64,000 nt of DNA from an uncultured bacterium (GTDB lineage Bacteria; Patescibacteriota; Minisyncoccia; UBA6257; 2-01-FULL-56-20). A program made the position numbers and the translations under genes. Numbering within the stretch: position 1 is the stretch's first letter; each line of letters opens with the position of its first letter. Below, one piece after another: positions 38,961-47,812 of this stretch. The stretch lies in contig CAWDZM010000001.1 in assembly GCA_963807165.1 (NCBI GenBank), positions 507,590 through 571,589 on the forward strand, read 5' to 3'. Under the pieces are notes generated by a model, which saw only the letters and a program-made list of their open reading frames with translations, was not told the origin of the DNA and did not search any database.

Positions 38961-39608
38961 TTATTTAAAAATGGTTTCGAATCTAATTTCAACCCACACA
39001 AGAAATTCTTTTGCTTCGTTATCAGTAGACGAACTCACGGACTGTCTAAGTTGTTTAATATAATCCGCTAAAACATACTTCGGAGTATACGGAACTGCTT
39101 TCAAGAATGAAAGAATCTCGTATTCCGTAACTTCACGATTTCCGTTTTGCCACTTAAGGAAAAGGCCAGTTTTTTTTATCTCTAGAACATCGTCCATAGG
39201 AGATCTACCACGAGACCTTTTAGCCGTTGTTTTAGCCTCTCTCTGTTGATTGGGATGATTTAATAGATCGCGAGTTTGTCTTCCTATCTCTTTTCCAACT
39301 TCAGTAAGAAAGAAGCCATTTTCCAAATTCCCAGTTGCCCAATTTTTCCTCTTCGGGTCCACTAACCTTCGCAATGATTTACTGATTCTATTTGTATCCG
39401 GATACTCGGAAAAACTTGCCATCGAAAATTTCTTGGGAAACAGTTTAAAGAGCGCAACCGCCATATAATCAAAATATAGAGGGACCTTCAGCTCCTCTAG
39501 TGTCATCGACGCAAAAGCAGACAATCTATCAAGATCTAAATTCTCATACGATACTGGATCGAATGGCTTTAATTCTTCGATGCTCTTTTTGATATTAATA
39601 TCCGTCAT
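38961..39608 (-). CDS. hypothetical protein (operon gene 2)
   Basis: 215 aa, basic central region, no motif recognised. Coding supported by the 4-nt ATGA overlap with the upstream gene. Confidence 0.3.
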   Translation of the reverse strand: MTDINIKKSIEELKPFDPVSYENLDLDRLSAFASMTLEELKVPLYFDYMAVALFKLFPKKFSMASFSEYPDTNRISKSLRRLVDPKRKNWATGNLENGFFLTEVGKEIGRQTRDLLNHPNQQREAKTTAKRSRGRSPMDDVLEIKKTGLFLKWQNGNREVTEYEILSFLKAVPYTPKYVLADYIKQLRQSVSSSTDNEAKEFLVWVEIRFETIFK

Positions 39609-39838
39609 AACTTGAATTCTTTATTTTTGAGGATATGGAACTTCGCCTTAATTTCTTTAGCTTTTTTATCAATCTCGGAAAATATTTTTTCGATATCCCT
39701 TGCTTCATACTCATAAGCACTACGATTGGAGCAATGCCCTAAAACATTAAGGCGCTTTAAAACCTCGTTGGTACGAAGCGTACCAAGCCTTATAAAACGA
39801 TCTCTTTTGGTTTCCATCTGTCTAATTTCCTTTTCCAT
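39605..39838 (-). CDS. hypothetical small protein (operon gene 1)
   Basis: 77 aa, charged/helical; first ORF of the operon. Confidence 0.25.
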   Translation of the reverse strand: MEKEIRQMETKRDRFIRLGTLRTNEVLKRLNVLGHCSNRSAYEYEARDIEKIFSEIDKKAKEIKAKFHILKNKEFKL

Positions 39839-40200
39839 TTCTCTAGATGTTAGCTATTTAATTAGTTCGACTGCATGCAACCAGTTTAGCACATGTGCTA
39901 TTAGTGTCAAGCTAATACTGTGGATTACCTCTGGATAACTACATTGAGCTTAAAATGAGCGTATTTACATACAAATTCTATTATCCTATAATTTATGTAC
40001 AACTAAATAGGGTTGCCTAAACTCATCAGCAATGGCGAGCATGGCACAAAAACCAGTGACGGCTAGAAAGCTCTCAATCAGAGCACCGTCACTGGTCATA
40101 TCTCGAAAGGGTTATGGGTCCTCACGGATCGCTGGTTGGGAGCTTTCTGATTTAAAAATCCCCAACCGGCCCCAAAGGTCGGTTTTAGTTTAAAGAAAAA

Positions 40201-41112
40201 ATGGAAGCAAAAAATCACATCAATACACAAGGGGAATTCCATCAGGCGCTCTGTGAGGATAAACAGTTTGTCCGAGTAGCGGAAGATATGTCGTCGGTCT
40301 ATGAGCGCATCGCTATGCTCCATCTGGGAGGAAAATCATTGAAAGGCATCCCTACGGGATTTAAGGGATTGGATGATAAGCTGTCCGGACTCCATAAATC
40401 AGAACTGACTGTTATCGGCGGTCGATCAGGTTGCGGAAAAACGGCGTTGCTCTTGGACATTGCACGAAGCGCCATCCGTAAAGGATATAAGGTAGGGATC
40501 TTCTCTCCTGACATGGACAGGAATCGCGTCATCACGAAAATAATTGCGGCGGATTTAGGAATCCCACTCTGGCAGATGATCACTGGACGATTGGATAAAA
40601 AGAATTACACGACACTCAAGCGATCCCAAAAGAAGATCAGCTCAATGAAGCTCTCGATCGACGATACTCCTCGCCTCGATATCACCGAGATGCGAGCAAG
40701 GGCTATCGAGCTTCAGGAATACCACGGCTTGGATCTTCTGTTAGTCGATAGCGCACAGCTCATACAGTCCTCCTCAATCCTCGGAGAAGATCCGGTGAAG
40801 CATATGACCGAAATTGCTCGCGGACTTAAACTGATCGCCCAAGAGTTGAAAATCCCAGTCGTCATTACTGCTCCTCTCATCCGTCATCTTCACGGAGAAG
40901 GGAGATGGCCACAAGGATCCGATTTATGCGAACTTGAACGATCGGCCGATGTCGTTCTCCTCGTTTATCCGATGAATTTGGATACAGCGAATTTCCGGGA
41001 GATGCGCGGAGGAATAGATGTAAGCCTCGGCATTACGAAAAATCAGGGGAAATTTGGGATGATAGATCTACGGTTTGATTCGGGACTTACAAGTTTCAGT
41101 GAAACAAAATAA
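40201..41112 (+). CDS. DnaB C-terminal-domain-only helicase (RepA-like, RecA fold)
   Basis: IPTGFKGLDDKLSGLHKSELTVIGGRSGCGKTALLLDIA (DnaB linker plus Walker A) and LLLVDSAQL (Walker B). It lacks the DnaB N-terminal domain; 303 aa. Confidence 0.6.
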   Translation: MEAKNHINTQGEFHQALCEDKQFVRVAEDMSSVYERIAMLHLGGKSLKGIPTGFKGLDDKLSGLHKSELTVIGGRSGCGKTALLLDIARSAIRKGYKVGIFSPDMDRNRVITKIIAADLGIPLWQMITGRLDKKNYTTLKRSQKKISSMKLSIDDTPRLDITEMRARAIELQEYHGLDLLLVDSAQLIQSSSILGEDPVKHMTEIARGLKLIAQELKIPVVITAPLIRHLHGEGRWPQGSDLCELERSADVVLLVYPMNLDTANFREMRGGIDVSLGITKNQGKFGMIDLRFDSGLTSFSETK

Positions 41113-41124
41113 GAAATAAGAAAT

Positions 41125-41328
41125 ATGAATTGGACGATCGCTTTTATCTTCATCATTGTTTCTGCGGTATGGGTTTACTGGGACGCAAAGAATCTGAAGG
41201 ACGCTGGTGCTGATGTGGATACCACTCCGGCTACATGGCTCATTGCTGTCCTCGTATTCTGGCTTGCCTTTTTCCCTCTATATTTCGTTGCTCGGGTAAA
41301 ATATAAAAGATCACTCAGCAAAAGTTGA
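41125..41328 (+). CDS. hypothetical small membrane protein
   Basis: 67 aa with two hydrophobic helices. Confidence 0.25.
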   Translation: MNWTIAFIFIIVSAVWVYWDAKNLKDAGADVDTTPATWLIAVLVFWLAFFPLYFVARVKYKRSLSKS

Positions 41329-41347
41329 TATCCACCACCCTAGAAAG

Positions 41348-41584
41348 ATGTTGAATAAATTCTTCGTAAAATCCATTAAGCAGTACCAGAAAAAGATTTC
41401 TCCGCTATTAGAAAAATGTGGAGTTGAGTGTTTATTCGTACCAAGCTGTTCACAATATGCCGCCCTTTGTTTTCAAAAATATAAATTTACAAAAGCATTT
41501 TCGCTCGCCATTCTTAGGATTCTTTCTTGTAATCCCATAAACGCGTTATATATCAGATCGAAGTTCTCAAATAGTCAAAAATAA
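41348..41584 (+). CDS. yidD: membrane protein insertion efficiency factor YidD-like
   Basis: YQKKISPLLEKCGVECLFVPSCSQYA...LRILSCNP matches the YidD pattern (Q..iSP....C.f.PSCS.Y ... RI.RC.P). Confidence 0.5.
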   Translation: MLNKFFVKSIKQYQKKISPLLEKCGVECLFVPSCSQYAALCFQKYKFTKAFSLAILRILSCNPINALYIRSKFSNSQK

Positions 41585-41592
41585 AAACTAAT

Positions 41593-42081
41593 ATGGCAGA
41601 TATCATTCAATCACAACCTAAAAAAGTTATTAAGCCCAACCCGAATCCGTGTGGAACATGTGCTGGTGTTGGCATCGTTATGATTATCCTCGTTGGTATT
41701 TATATCATATATGCCTTTAACGTAAGCAATCAGAATACCCAGACCATCTTGAATTCTAGGCCTACTCCAGTGACCGCAGGCCAACTCATCGCCGCATATG
41801 CGGGCAACACAATCTCTGGCGACGATCGATATAAGGGTAAGCTCATTGAAATAACTGGCCTAGTACAAAATGTGGATACTACGCTTGGGCAACCATATGT
41901 CGCGCTCACCGACAATGGTTCAGACGCATCAAATATATTATGTTCATTTAATTCGGGCGCTGATAGTCAACTTGCATCATTGGTAAGCGGCCAAACAGTT
42001 ACGCTTGAAGGAATTGGCGATGGAGCATCTGCATTGGGCGGAAGTGTAATGGTAAATAATTGTTCTTTGATCACCCAGTAA
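41593..42081 (+). CDS. hypothetical secreted/membrane-anchored protein
   Basis: N-terminal TM anchor and a Ser/Gly-rich ectodomain. Confidence 0.3.
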   Translation: MADIIQSQPKKVIKPNPNPCGTCAGVGIVMIILVGIYIIYAFNVSNQNTQTILNSRPTPVTAGQLIAAYAGNTISGDDRYKGKLIEITGLVQNVDTTLGQPYVALTDNGSDASNILCSFNSGADSQLASLVSGQTVTLEGIGDGASALGGSVMVNNCSLITQ

Positions 42082-42082
42082 T

Positions 42083-42985
42083 ATGAAAAGTTATAAGATA
42101 AATAAGTGGTTCGCTGGGATTGTCTTAGGCATCTTTGCCATATTGGTAATATGGGTGATTGGTTCAAGTATGGGACAGTCTAACCAAAACACGTCAACGA
42201 ACCCACAAGGCTCCTTAACTACTGCTCAACAAACAGGAAATAATAACCAATCGGCTTGGTACTATGTGAATTCTAACAATCAATGCGTTCAAGCGCCGGG
42301 GACTTATGAAAATGAGGACTCGTGCCAAAATGCAATGGGGTCGTCGTGTTTTCCGGACGAACCGAATTGCAATGGAATGAATCAAAGCGAAACGCTCTAC
42401 TACATCAACTCTTCAAATCAATGTGTTTCTGCTCCGCATAATCCTTATTCTATTACGCTAAGCGATGGAACAACGGCTGGAGTTATTGGGCAACAATATA
42501 ATTGCGAGCAAGATGTGGGCTATTCATGCTACACCGAAAATACCTGCGGAGGGGTTGGGCAACCCGGCGTGATTGTCATTAAGGGAGTTTCATACAAATT
42601 AGTAACCCTTAACGATCTTGAGAACAATCTTAACAACCCCGGTTTTGTAAATGGAACTGGCACCGTAAGTTTGGTTGCAATTCAAGGAACACTTAAGGGA
42701 ATCGTTCAAGAAAAGGACGGAACAGACTACGACTTAGTTATTGATACTGGAGGCGGTTACATCCTTGATAGTGCCGGAACGATCGATGTGAACACAAAAG
42801 CATCAAATGGATTTGATCCATCAAGTTTGTCCATTGGAACAAACATCACAGCTGGCGGAGCATTTATCGGTGGTTTATTCACTCTAAAGGATATCCTCCC
42901 AACAGAGCCAGAATTAAATTCTCTTGGACTTCCATCCAACACCATCGTGCTAGTGAATGGCCTCGGGGATGTCGAACAAAAGTAA
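42083..42985 (+). CDS. hypothetical secreted Cys-rich protein with an internal repeat
   Basis: N-terminal TM; two repeats YY(V/I)NS(N/S)NQCV(Q/S)AP; many Cys. Confidence 0.3.
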   Translation: MKSYKINKWFAGIVLGIFAILVIWVIGSSMGQSNQNTSTNPQGSLTTAQQTGNNNQSAWYYVNSNNQCVQAPGTYENEDSCQNAMGSSCFPDEPNCNGMNQSETLYYINSSNQCVSAPHNPYSITLSDGTTAGVIGQQYNCEQDVGYSCYTENTCGGVGQPGVIVIKGVSYKLVTLNDLENNLNNPGFVNGTGTVSLVAIQGTLKGIVQEKDGTDYDLVIDTGGGYILDSAGTIDVNTKASNGFDPSSLSIGTNITAGGAFIGGLFTLKDILPTEPELNSLGLPSNTIVLVNGLGDVEQK

Positions 42986-43161
42986 TAATTTATGTACCGC
43001 TGACTTCCAAGAAATACTTGCCTAAAGCTTCTGCCCCGGTTATCAAAGAAATTGAAAAATTGAGTATCTCAACTTTTCAGCGAAAGCCTGCGAAATTCTT
43101 TAACTCAGGTATCTAGGAATACATACGAACGTGCCTTTGATTATTTCATCAAGCTTGGGCG

Positions 43162-43890
43162 TTGTATAATACTAAGGTGAACAATCTAGTTGAATTGATA
43201 TCAAACTCATTCCCTAAGGCCGCTTCAAAATTAAGAGAGTCGGTCTATGGTATTAAGGCGCAGACACCGAATAATTCTGTGGTCTCCATGGGAACCGCAT
43301 TTATGGTTGCGCCGGGGGTTTTATGTACGGTGGCACACGTTCTATACCAAGGTGGAGATTTTACCGCGCCGAGGTACACAACCTTTTTTGTCATAAAAGC
43401 TTCAGAGGTAGGACTGCCGTTCCAAATGGAAACGTGTACATTTATAGGCGAAGATACCATAAAGGATATCGCATTGCTCAGGATTGAAAACCCAAGGTCA
43501 AAAAGTTGCGTTGCCCTCGAGACTTCAAAAGTAGGACGAGGGACGGCATGCGGATCATTAGGATTTCCTTTGTCGAATATAAGTCCAGCCGGAGTGTTTG
43601 AACTGACAGAAAGATTTCAGGGTGCGCATATTTCCGGATATTTTCCCGTCAATTTAAATAATTGGGATTCTTTCTATTACGAAACGGATTCTCTTATGTA
43701 TCCCGGATCAAGCGGCTCTCCGGGATTTCTTATTAATGGAAAAGTATATGGCATGCAAAAAATGTCGCATCCCCACGCTAGTATACCCGGGAGCAATCAG
43801 AGTCAAGCAACAGATAGAGTGGCTATTTCTCGTTGGGTTTACGCCAAAGATATCGTCGACGTTGCACAAGCAAACAATGTTTTGATTTAA
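43162..43890 (+). CDS. trypsin-like serine protease (S1 family)
   Basis: CTVAHV (His), DIALLRI (Asp) and GSSGSPGF (GDSGGP-type Ser) catalytic triad contexts. Confidence 0.5.
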   Translation: MYNTKVNNLVELISNSFPKAASKLRESVYGIKAQTPNNSVVSMGTAFMVAPGVLCTVAHVLYQGGDFTAPRYTTFFVIKASEVGLPFQMETCTFIGEDTIKDIALLRIENPRSKSCVALETSKVGRGTACGSLGFPLSNISPAGVFELTERFQGAHISGYFPVNLNNWDSFYYETDSLMYPGSSGSPGFLINGKVYGMQKMSHPHASIPGSNQSQATDRVAISRWVYAKDIVDVAQANNVLI

Positions 43891-44127
43891 CTTGGTTGAA
43901 AAAGGGATTCTTTCTCGCCACTAAACAGTTCGCCATTGTGCTAAAACTGACGCTATAGGCTCTTTTAGGCATCCATAAAGGAATAATGAGATCGAGCGGT
44001 GGGCTTTTCGTGTACGACAGCTTACGGCTTGAATTATGCTCAAAAAGTGATATTTTATAGGTACTACCTGCCGTGTACGTGAAAATCACAATGAAAACAG
44101 ATACTCGGTTTTAACGGAGTTGATCAA

Positions 44128-44937
44128 ATGAAGCTGACCAGGCAATCAAAACTTTCCACCAAACGAGACTCTGATGATTATCTTTTCGACGACGAGCCGG
44201 ATAATGTTTTTAATTTTACGACATATAAGAAAGTTAAGGAGCGGTGGCTGAACCTTAAAGAAAGAAGGCTTTTCCAAAATCTTGTTGCGTCATTCCGTAA
44301 AAATATCGGGATCAGCATAGGCGACCCCTCAGTTCGCAAGAATTCATTTTTTGGAGGAAGAACAAAAGCTGCTAACAAGCGCAAGAAATTGCTGAACGAC
44401 TTTAAAGTGAGCCTTAAGCGGGAATTGGACGTCGACACATTTTTATTAGGAACAGCGGAATCTTTTCTGCTCTATGGGGAAAACGGCGATCCATATGATC
44501 CGTCCATAATATATGACCCCCTGGATCAGCCCGGTGGCACTTTTATAATCAACACAGGCCACCCTGTTCAAATGACAATACGCCCTGGAGCATCCCAAAA
44601 AGACGTTCTTGATAGTTTAAAAGGTCTATGGCCGATGATCGAATTAGCATCCCGCGTAGCTTCTCCGAAACGGTATGGGACAAAACGTCTCAAGATGAGA
44701 CATAAACGAAAACGAGACGATCAACTCGAACAACTTAGGGCAAATAAAGTTATTACATCAGGTGGCGATGTTGATTTTGGTAGGGCTCGTGAATATTTGC
44801 GCTCTAAAGGAATAGTTCTGACATCTACACTCCGACCGGCAGTTGAAAAGGCATTTAAAGAAATTGACATTGAACTCCCGCGCGGATGGGCTGCCAGAAA
44901 GGCAGTCATAACGACGAGAAGACGTAAGATCAGTTAA
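44128..44937 (+). CDS. hypothetical basic protein
   Basis: 269 aa, Lys/Arg-rich, no motif. Confidence 0.25.
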   Translation: MKLTRQSKLSTKRDSDDYLFDDEPDNVFNFTTYKKVKERWLNLKERRLFQNLVASFRKNIGISIGDPSVRKNSFFGGRTKAANKRKKLLNDFKVSLKRELDVDTFLLGTAESFLLYGENGDPYDPSIIYDPLDQPGGTFIINTGHPVQMTIRPGASQKDVLDSLKGLWPMIELASRVASPKRYGTKRLKMRHKRKRDDQLEQLRANKVITSGGDVDFGRAREYLRSKGIVLTSTLRPAVEKAFKEIDIELPRGWAARKAVITTRRRKIS

Positions 44938-45135
44938 TAAGATAACTTTTTTGATCGCAAAAAGGTGTGGATGAACCACGCCTTTTTTATTGTCTAATTC
45001 TGTCATGCCGGACGATAAAAATTTTAATACGGTCGACGACGGCGAGGAGGGCCTCGAGGATTTAAGCTCATATCTTGGAGCGATAGCGGCGATTCTTGAG
45101 TCCATATTAGAAGGCAAAATTAACTAAGAACAATC

Positions 45136-46665
45136 ATGAACGACGAAAACACAAATGAACAAGGCGAAAAGAAGCGGTCTTTGGCCGACCGACTCATGGA
45201 GTGGCTAGACGGGGTTGAGTTCTTCTACGATCAAGACGAACAGTGCTATGCCGCGATCGAACGAGACTCACGACGTGAAATTCATCGAATACGATCAAGA
45301 CAATTCCAGAGCTACCTCTCGCACCTTTCATGGGAGCACCTTAATATGGCACTCCCTAAGACAGCGAAGGAAAGTATTTCGGACACACTGGAAGCGATCG
45401 CGCGGTTTAATGGCAAGCAATATGACCTCAATCTGAGAACTGCATGGCAGGGCAATGAGCTCTGGTACGATTTGGGCGACTTTAGGGCAGTAAAGATCAC
45501 GAGTGAAGGTTGGCGAGTGGTCAGGAAGCCGCCGATCCTCTTTAAGAGATATCACGATGGTGTCCAGTGCGTGCCGGAACCGGATGGCGACATTAATACG
45601 ATCTTTGAGTTCTTCAACCTTGATCGCGCGGAGGGATTCGACGAAGCGAAGCTCCTCATGATTACTTATCTGGTTACGGCTCTCATTCCGGACATCGCGA
45701 GGCCGGTTCTCGAATTAGAGGGATCACAAGGCTCCGCGAAATCAACAACAGCAAAGCTGATTAAAGATCTGATCGATCCCTCCATTATGGAATCAGTGGC
45801 CATGCATCGCGACGTCCAACAGATGATCCAATTGTGCGATCACAACTACTACATCGCCTTCGACAACCTATCGCGATTAAGCGACGAGCAAAGCGACGCA
45901 ATTTGTCGAGCGTGCACCGGAGAAGGGATGAACAAGAGAAAGCTATTCACGGATAGTGAAGATATCTTTTACCACTATAAAAGACTCATCAGCTTGAACG
46001 GCATCAACTTGGTGGCACGAAAACCTGACCTTCTCAACCGAGCGCTCACCTTTGATCTCGAGCCGATCCCAGCGGAACGACGAATGGAAGAATCTGTGCT
46101 CCGAAAGAGGTTCAGCGAGGCAAAACCGAAACTTCTCGGCGCGATGTTCACAATCCTCTCCAACGCAATGGCTGTTAAAAGAAAAGGAGACATCACTATG
46201 AAAAAGGAACATCGGCTGACGGACTATCTCATGTGGTCCGGCAGAATAGCTGTGGCTCTCGGCCTGACACCTGAAGACTTTCTCAATGCCTTTAGGGGAA
46301 ACATTCAAACCCAAGACGATGAGGTGCTCGAAGGAAGTGTATTGGCTCAAACCATCGTCAAGCTCGCACACGAGCTCGCGGTTGAGCGGACAAGTTACAC
46401 CCCCGAGGATCTTTACCAAAAGTTGAAGTCCTACGCAGGTCCGTTTGAATCGGATGGATACAGCGACTTCCCTGGCCGTTCGGGATGGCTGTGGAAGAAG
46501 ATTAAGATCATACACGCCAACCTGACGGCAATAGGCATTGACGTTAGACATAGCCCAAGTACCAAACGTCCGAGAGAAATTGAAATTGTGATCAATAAGA
46601 AATTGCTACGAGGTAATGACGGTACTGACCATGCTGACCAAAGCGGAAAGCTATTGCCGCTTTAG
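45136..46665 (+). CDS. P-loop NTPase, putative replication/primase-associated (VirE/D5-like) protein
   Basis: LELEGSQGSAKSTTAKLIKDL is a Walker-A-like segment. The 509-aa architecture recalls plasmid/phage VirE or D5-type proteins. Tentative. Confidence 0.3.
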   Translation: MNDENTNEQGEKKRSLADRLMEWLDGVEFFYDQDEQCYAAIERDSRREIHRIRSRQFQSYLSHLSWEHLNMALPKTAKESISDTLEAIARFNGKQYDLNLRTAWQGNELWYDLGDFRAVKITSEGWRVVRKPPILFKRYHDGVQCVPEPDGDINTIFEFFNLDRAEGFDEAKLLMITYLVTALIPDIARPVLELEGSQGSAKSTTAKLIKDLIDPSIMESVAMHRDVQQMIQLCDHNYYIAFDNLSRLSDEQSDAICRACTGEGMNKRKLFTDSEDIFYHYKRLISLNGINLVARKPDLLNRALTFDLEPIPAERRMEESVLRKRFSEAKPKLLGAMFTILSNAMAVKRKGDITMKKEHRLTDYLMWSGRIAVALGLTPEDFLNAFRGNIQTQDDEVLEGSVLAQTIVKLAHELAVERTSYTPEDLYQKLKSYAGPFESDGYSDFPGRSGWLWKKIKIIHANLTAIGIDVRHSPSTKRPREIEIVINKKLLRGNDGTDHADQSGKLLPL

Positions 46666-46999
46666 GATAATATCCGTCGGTACCGACAGCACCGACAGTA
46701 AAATTAAGACAATAAAAGAAATGAAAGAAATTAAAGTTGACATACTGAAGTGGTATGAATTCTTACACCAGCGCGATAAGCGACGATACCAGCAATTTAT
46801 GCAACGGCATCGCGATTTAATGTCTCACCTCCTGATGGAAGCATTTCCCGGAATGATAGTTAATTCGGAAAAGGCTCTGGCAGAAATATTTTTCCTTGCG
46901 ATGGCGAGGAAGATTTCGCCAGATAAGATCGCTTCTCCTCTGGAAAAGCGAATTAAGCGAATCATCAGGTATAGCCTGCAAAATAAAGCCTGTTCATAG
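46616..46999 (+). CDS. hypothetical protein upstream of the recombinases
   Basis: 127-aa ORF overlapping the end of the upstream gene. Could be a small regulator. Confidence 0.2.
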   Translation: MTVLTMLTKAESYCRFRIISVGTDSTDSKIKTIKEMKEIKVDILKWYEFLHQRDKRRYQQFMQRHRDLMSHLLMEAFPGMIVNSEKALAEIFFLAMARKISPDKIASPLEKRIKRIIRYSLQNKACS

Positions 47000-47068
47000 C
47001 CGTCCTTAGAAAACGGAGTTGGGTCTCTTAAGATTAAATTATAAGTAAATAATTTAATCCCACATCCA

Positions 47069-47812
47069 ATGCAAAAATTCTTCGCATATTGCAGAACCAG
47101 CACAGAGAATCAACGCGAAGAAAAGACGATAGATCTACAAGTTGAAAACCTGACGCAGTATGCGAAGAAGAACGGCATCGAAATTACCGACTGGTTCAAG
47201 GACGATGGAGTAAGCGGCGGACTGGAACACCGACCGGAATTAATGCGGTTAATGAAAGGCTTGGAACAAGACAGCGAAGCGGAAGGGGTGTTGATCTACA
47301 AACTAGATCGCCTCGCTCGTGATCTTTACATCCAAGAGGGCTTGATCAGAGAGTTCTCGAAGCTTGGGAAACAAATCATCTCCACATTGGAGCCAGATCT
47401 TGATAGCAACGATCCATTCAGAAAAGCCTTCCGTCAGATGCTTGGGGTATTTGCTGAATTTGAAAAAGCGATGATCACCTTGCGGATGAAGAACGGCAGA
47501 GATAGTGCGGTTGCCAAAGGCGGATGGCATGGTGGAAGCATCCTCGGCTACAAGCATAAAGACGGCCACCTCATTATTGATCCAATAGAAGCAGAGGTAG
47601 TCAAACGAATATTTGACCTCCGAAAGAAAAAGAAAATAACACCAAAACAAATCGCAGAATTACTAAACAACGAAAATGTCCCAACAAAACGAAAGACCAC
47701 AAAGTGGCATAGTTACACAGTTAAAAAGATTCTTGGAAACGGTCTCTACCGAGGGAAGATCCGTTATAAAGGGAAAACCTATGATGGCAAGCATGAACCG
47801 ATCATCCAATAA
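47069..47812 (+). CDS. serine recombinase, truncated (resolvase catalytic plus partial recombinase domain)
   Basis: YCRTSTENQ (catalytic Ser) and LDRLARD motifs. It ends at ...GKHEPIIQ, before the zinc-ribbon and coiled-coil regions found in large serine recombinases. Confidence 0.65.
   Translation: MQKFFAYCRTSTENQREEKTIDLQVENLTQYAKKNGIEITDWFKDDGVSGGLEHRPELMRLMKGLEQDSEAEGVLIYKLDRLARDLYIQEGLIREFSKLGKQIISTLEPDLDSNDPFRKAFRQMLGVFAEFEKAMITLRMKNGRDSAVAKGGWHGGSILGYKHKDGHLIIDPIEAEVVKRIFDLRKKKKITPKQIAELLNNENVPTKRKTTKWHSYTVKKILGNGLYRGKIRYKGKTYDGKHEPIIQ

Noticed and set aside
40201-41112. Interpreting the DnaB-like gene as a decayed fragment of chromosomal dnaB.
   Set aside because: It has a clean start and intact Walker A/B motifs, and sits in a mobile island beside a primase-like gene. 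This fits an intact RepA-type short helicase better than a pseudogene. This choice is not certain.
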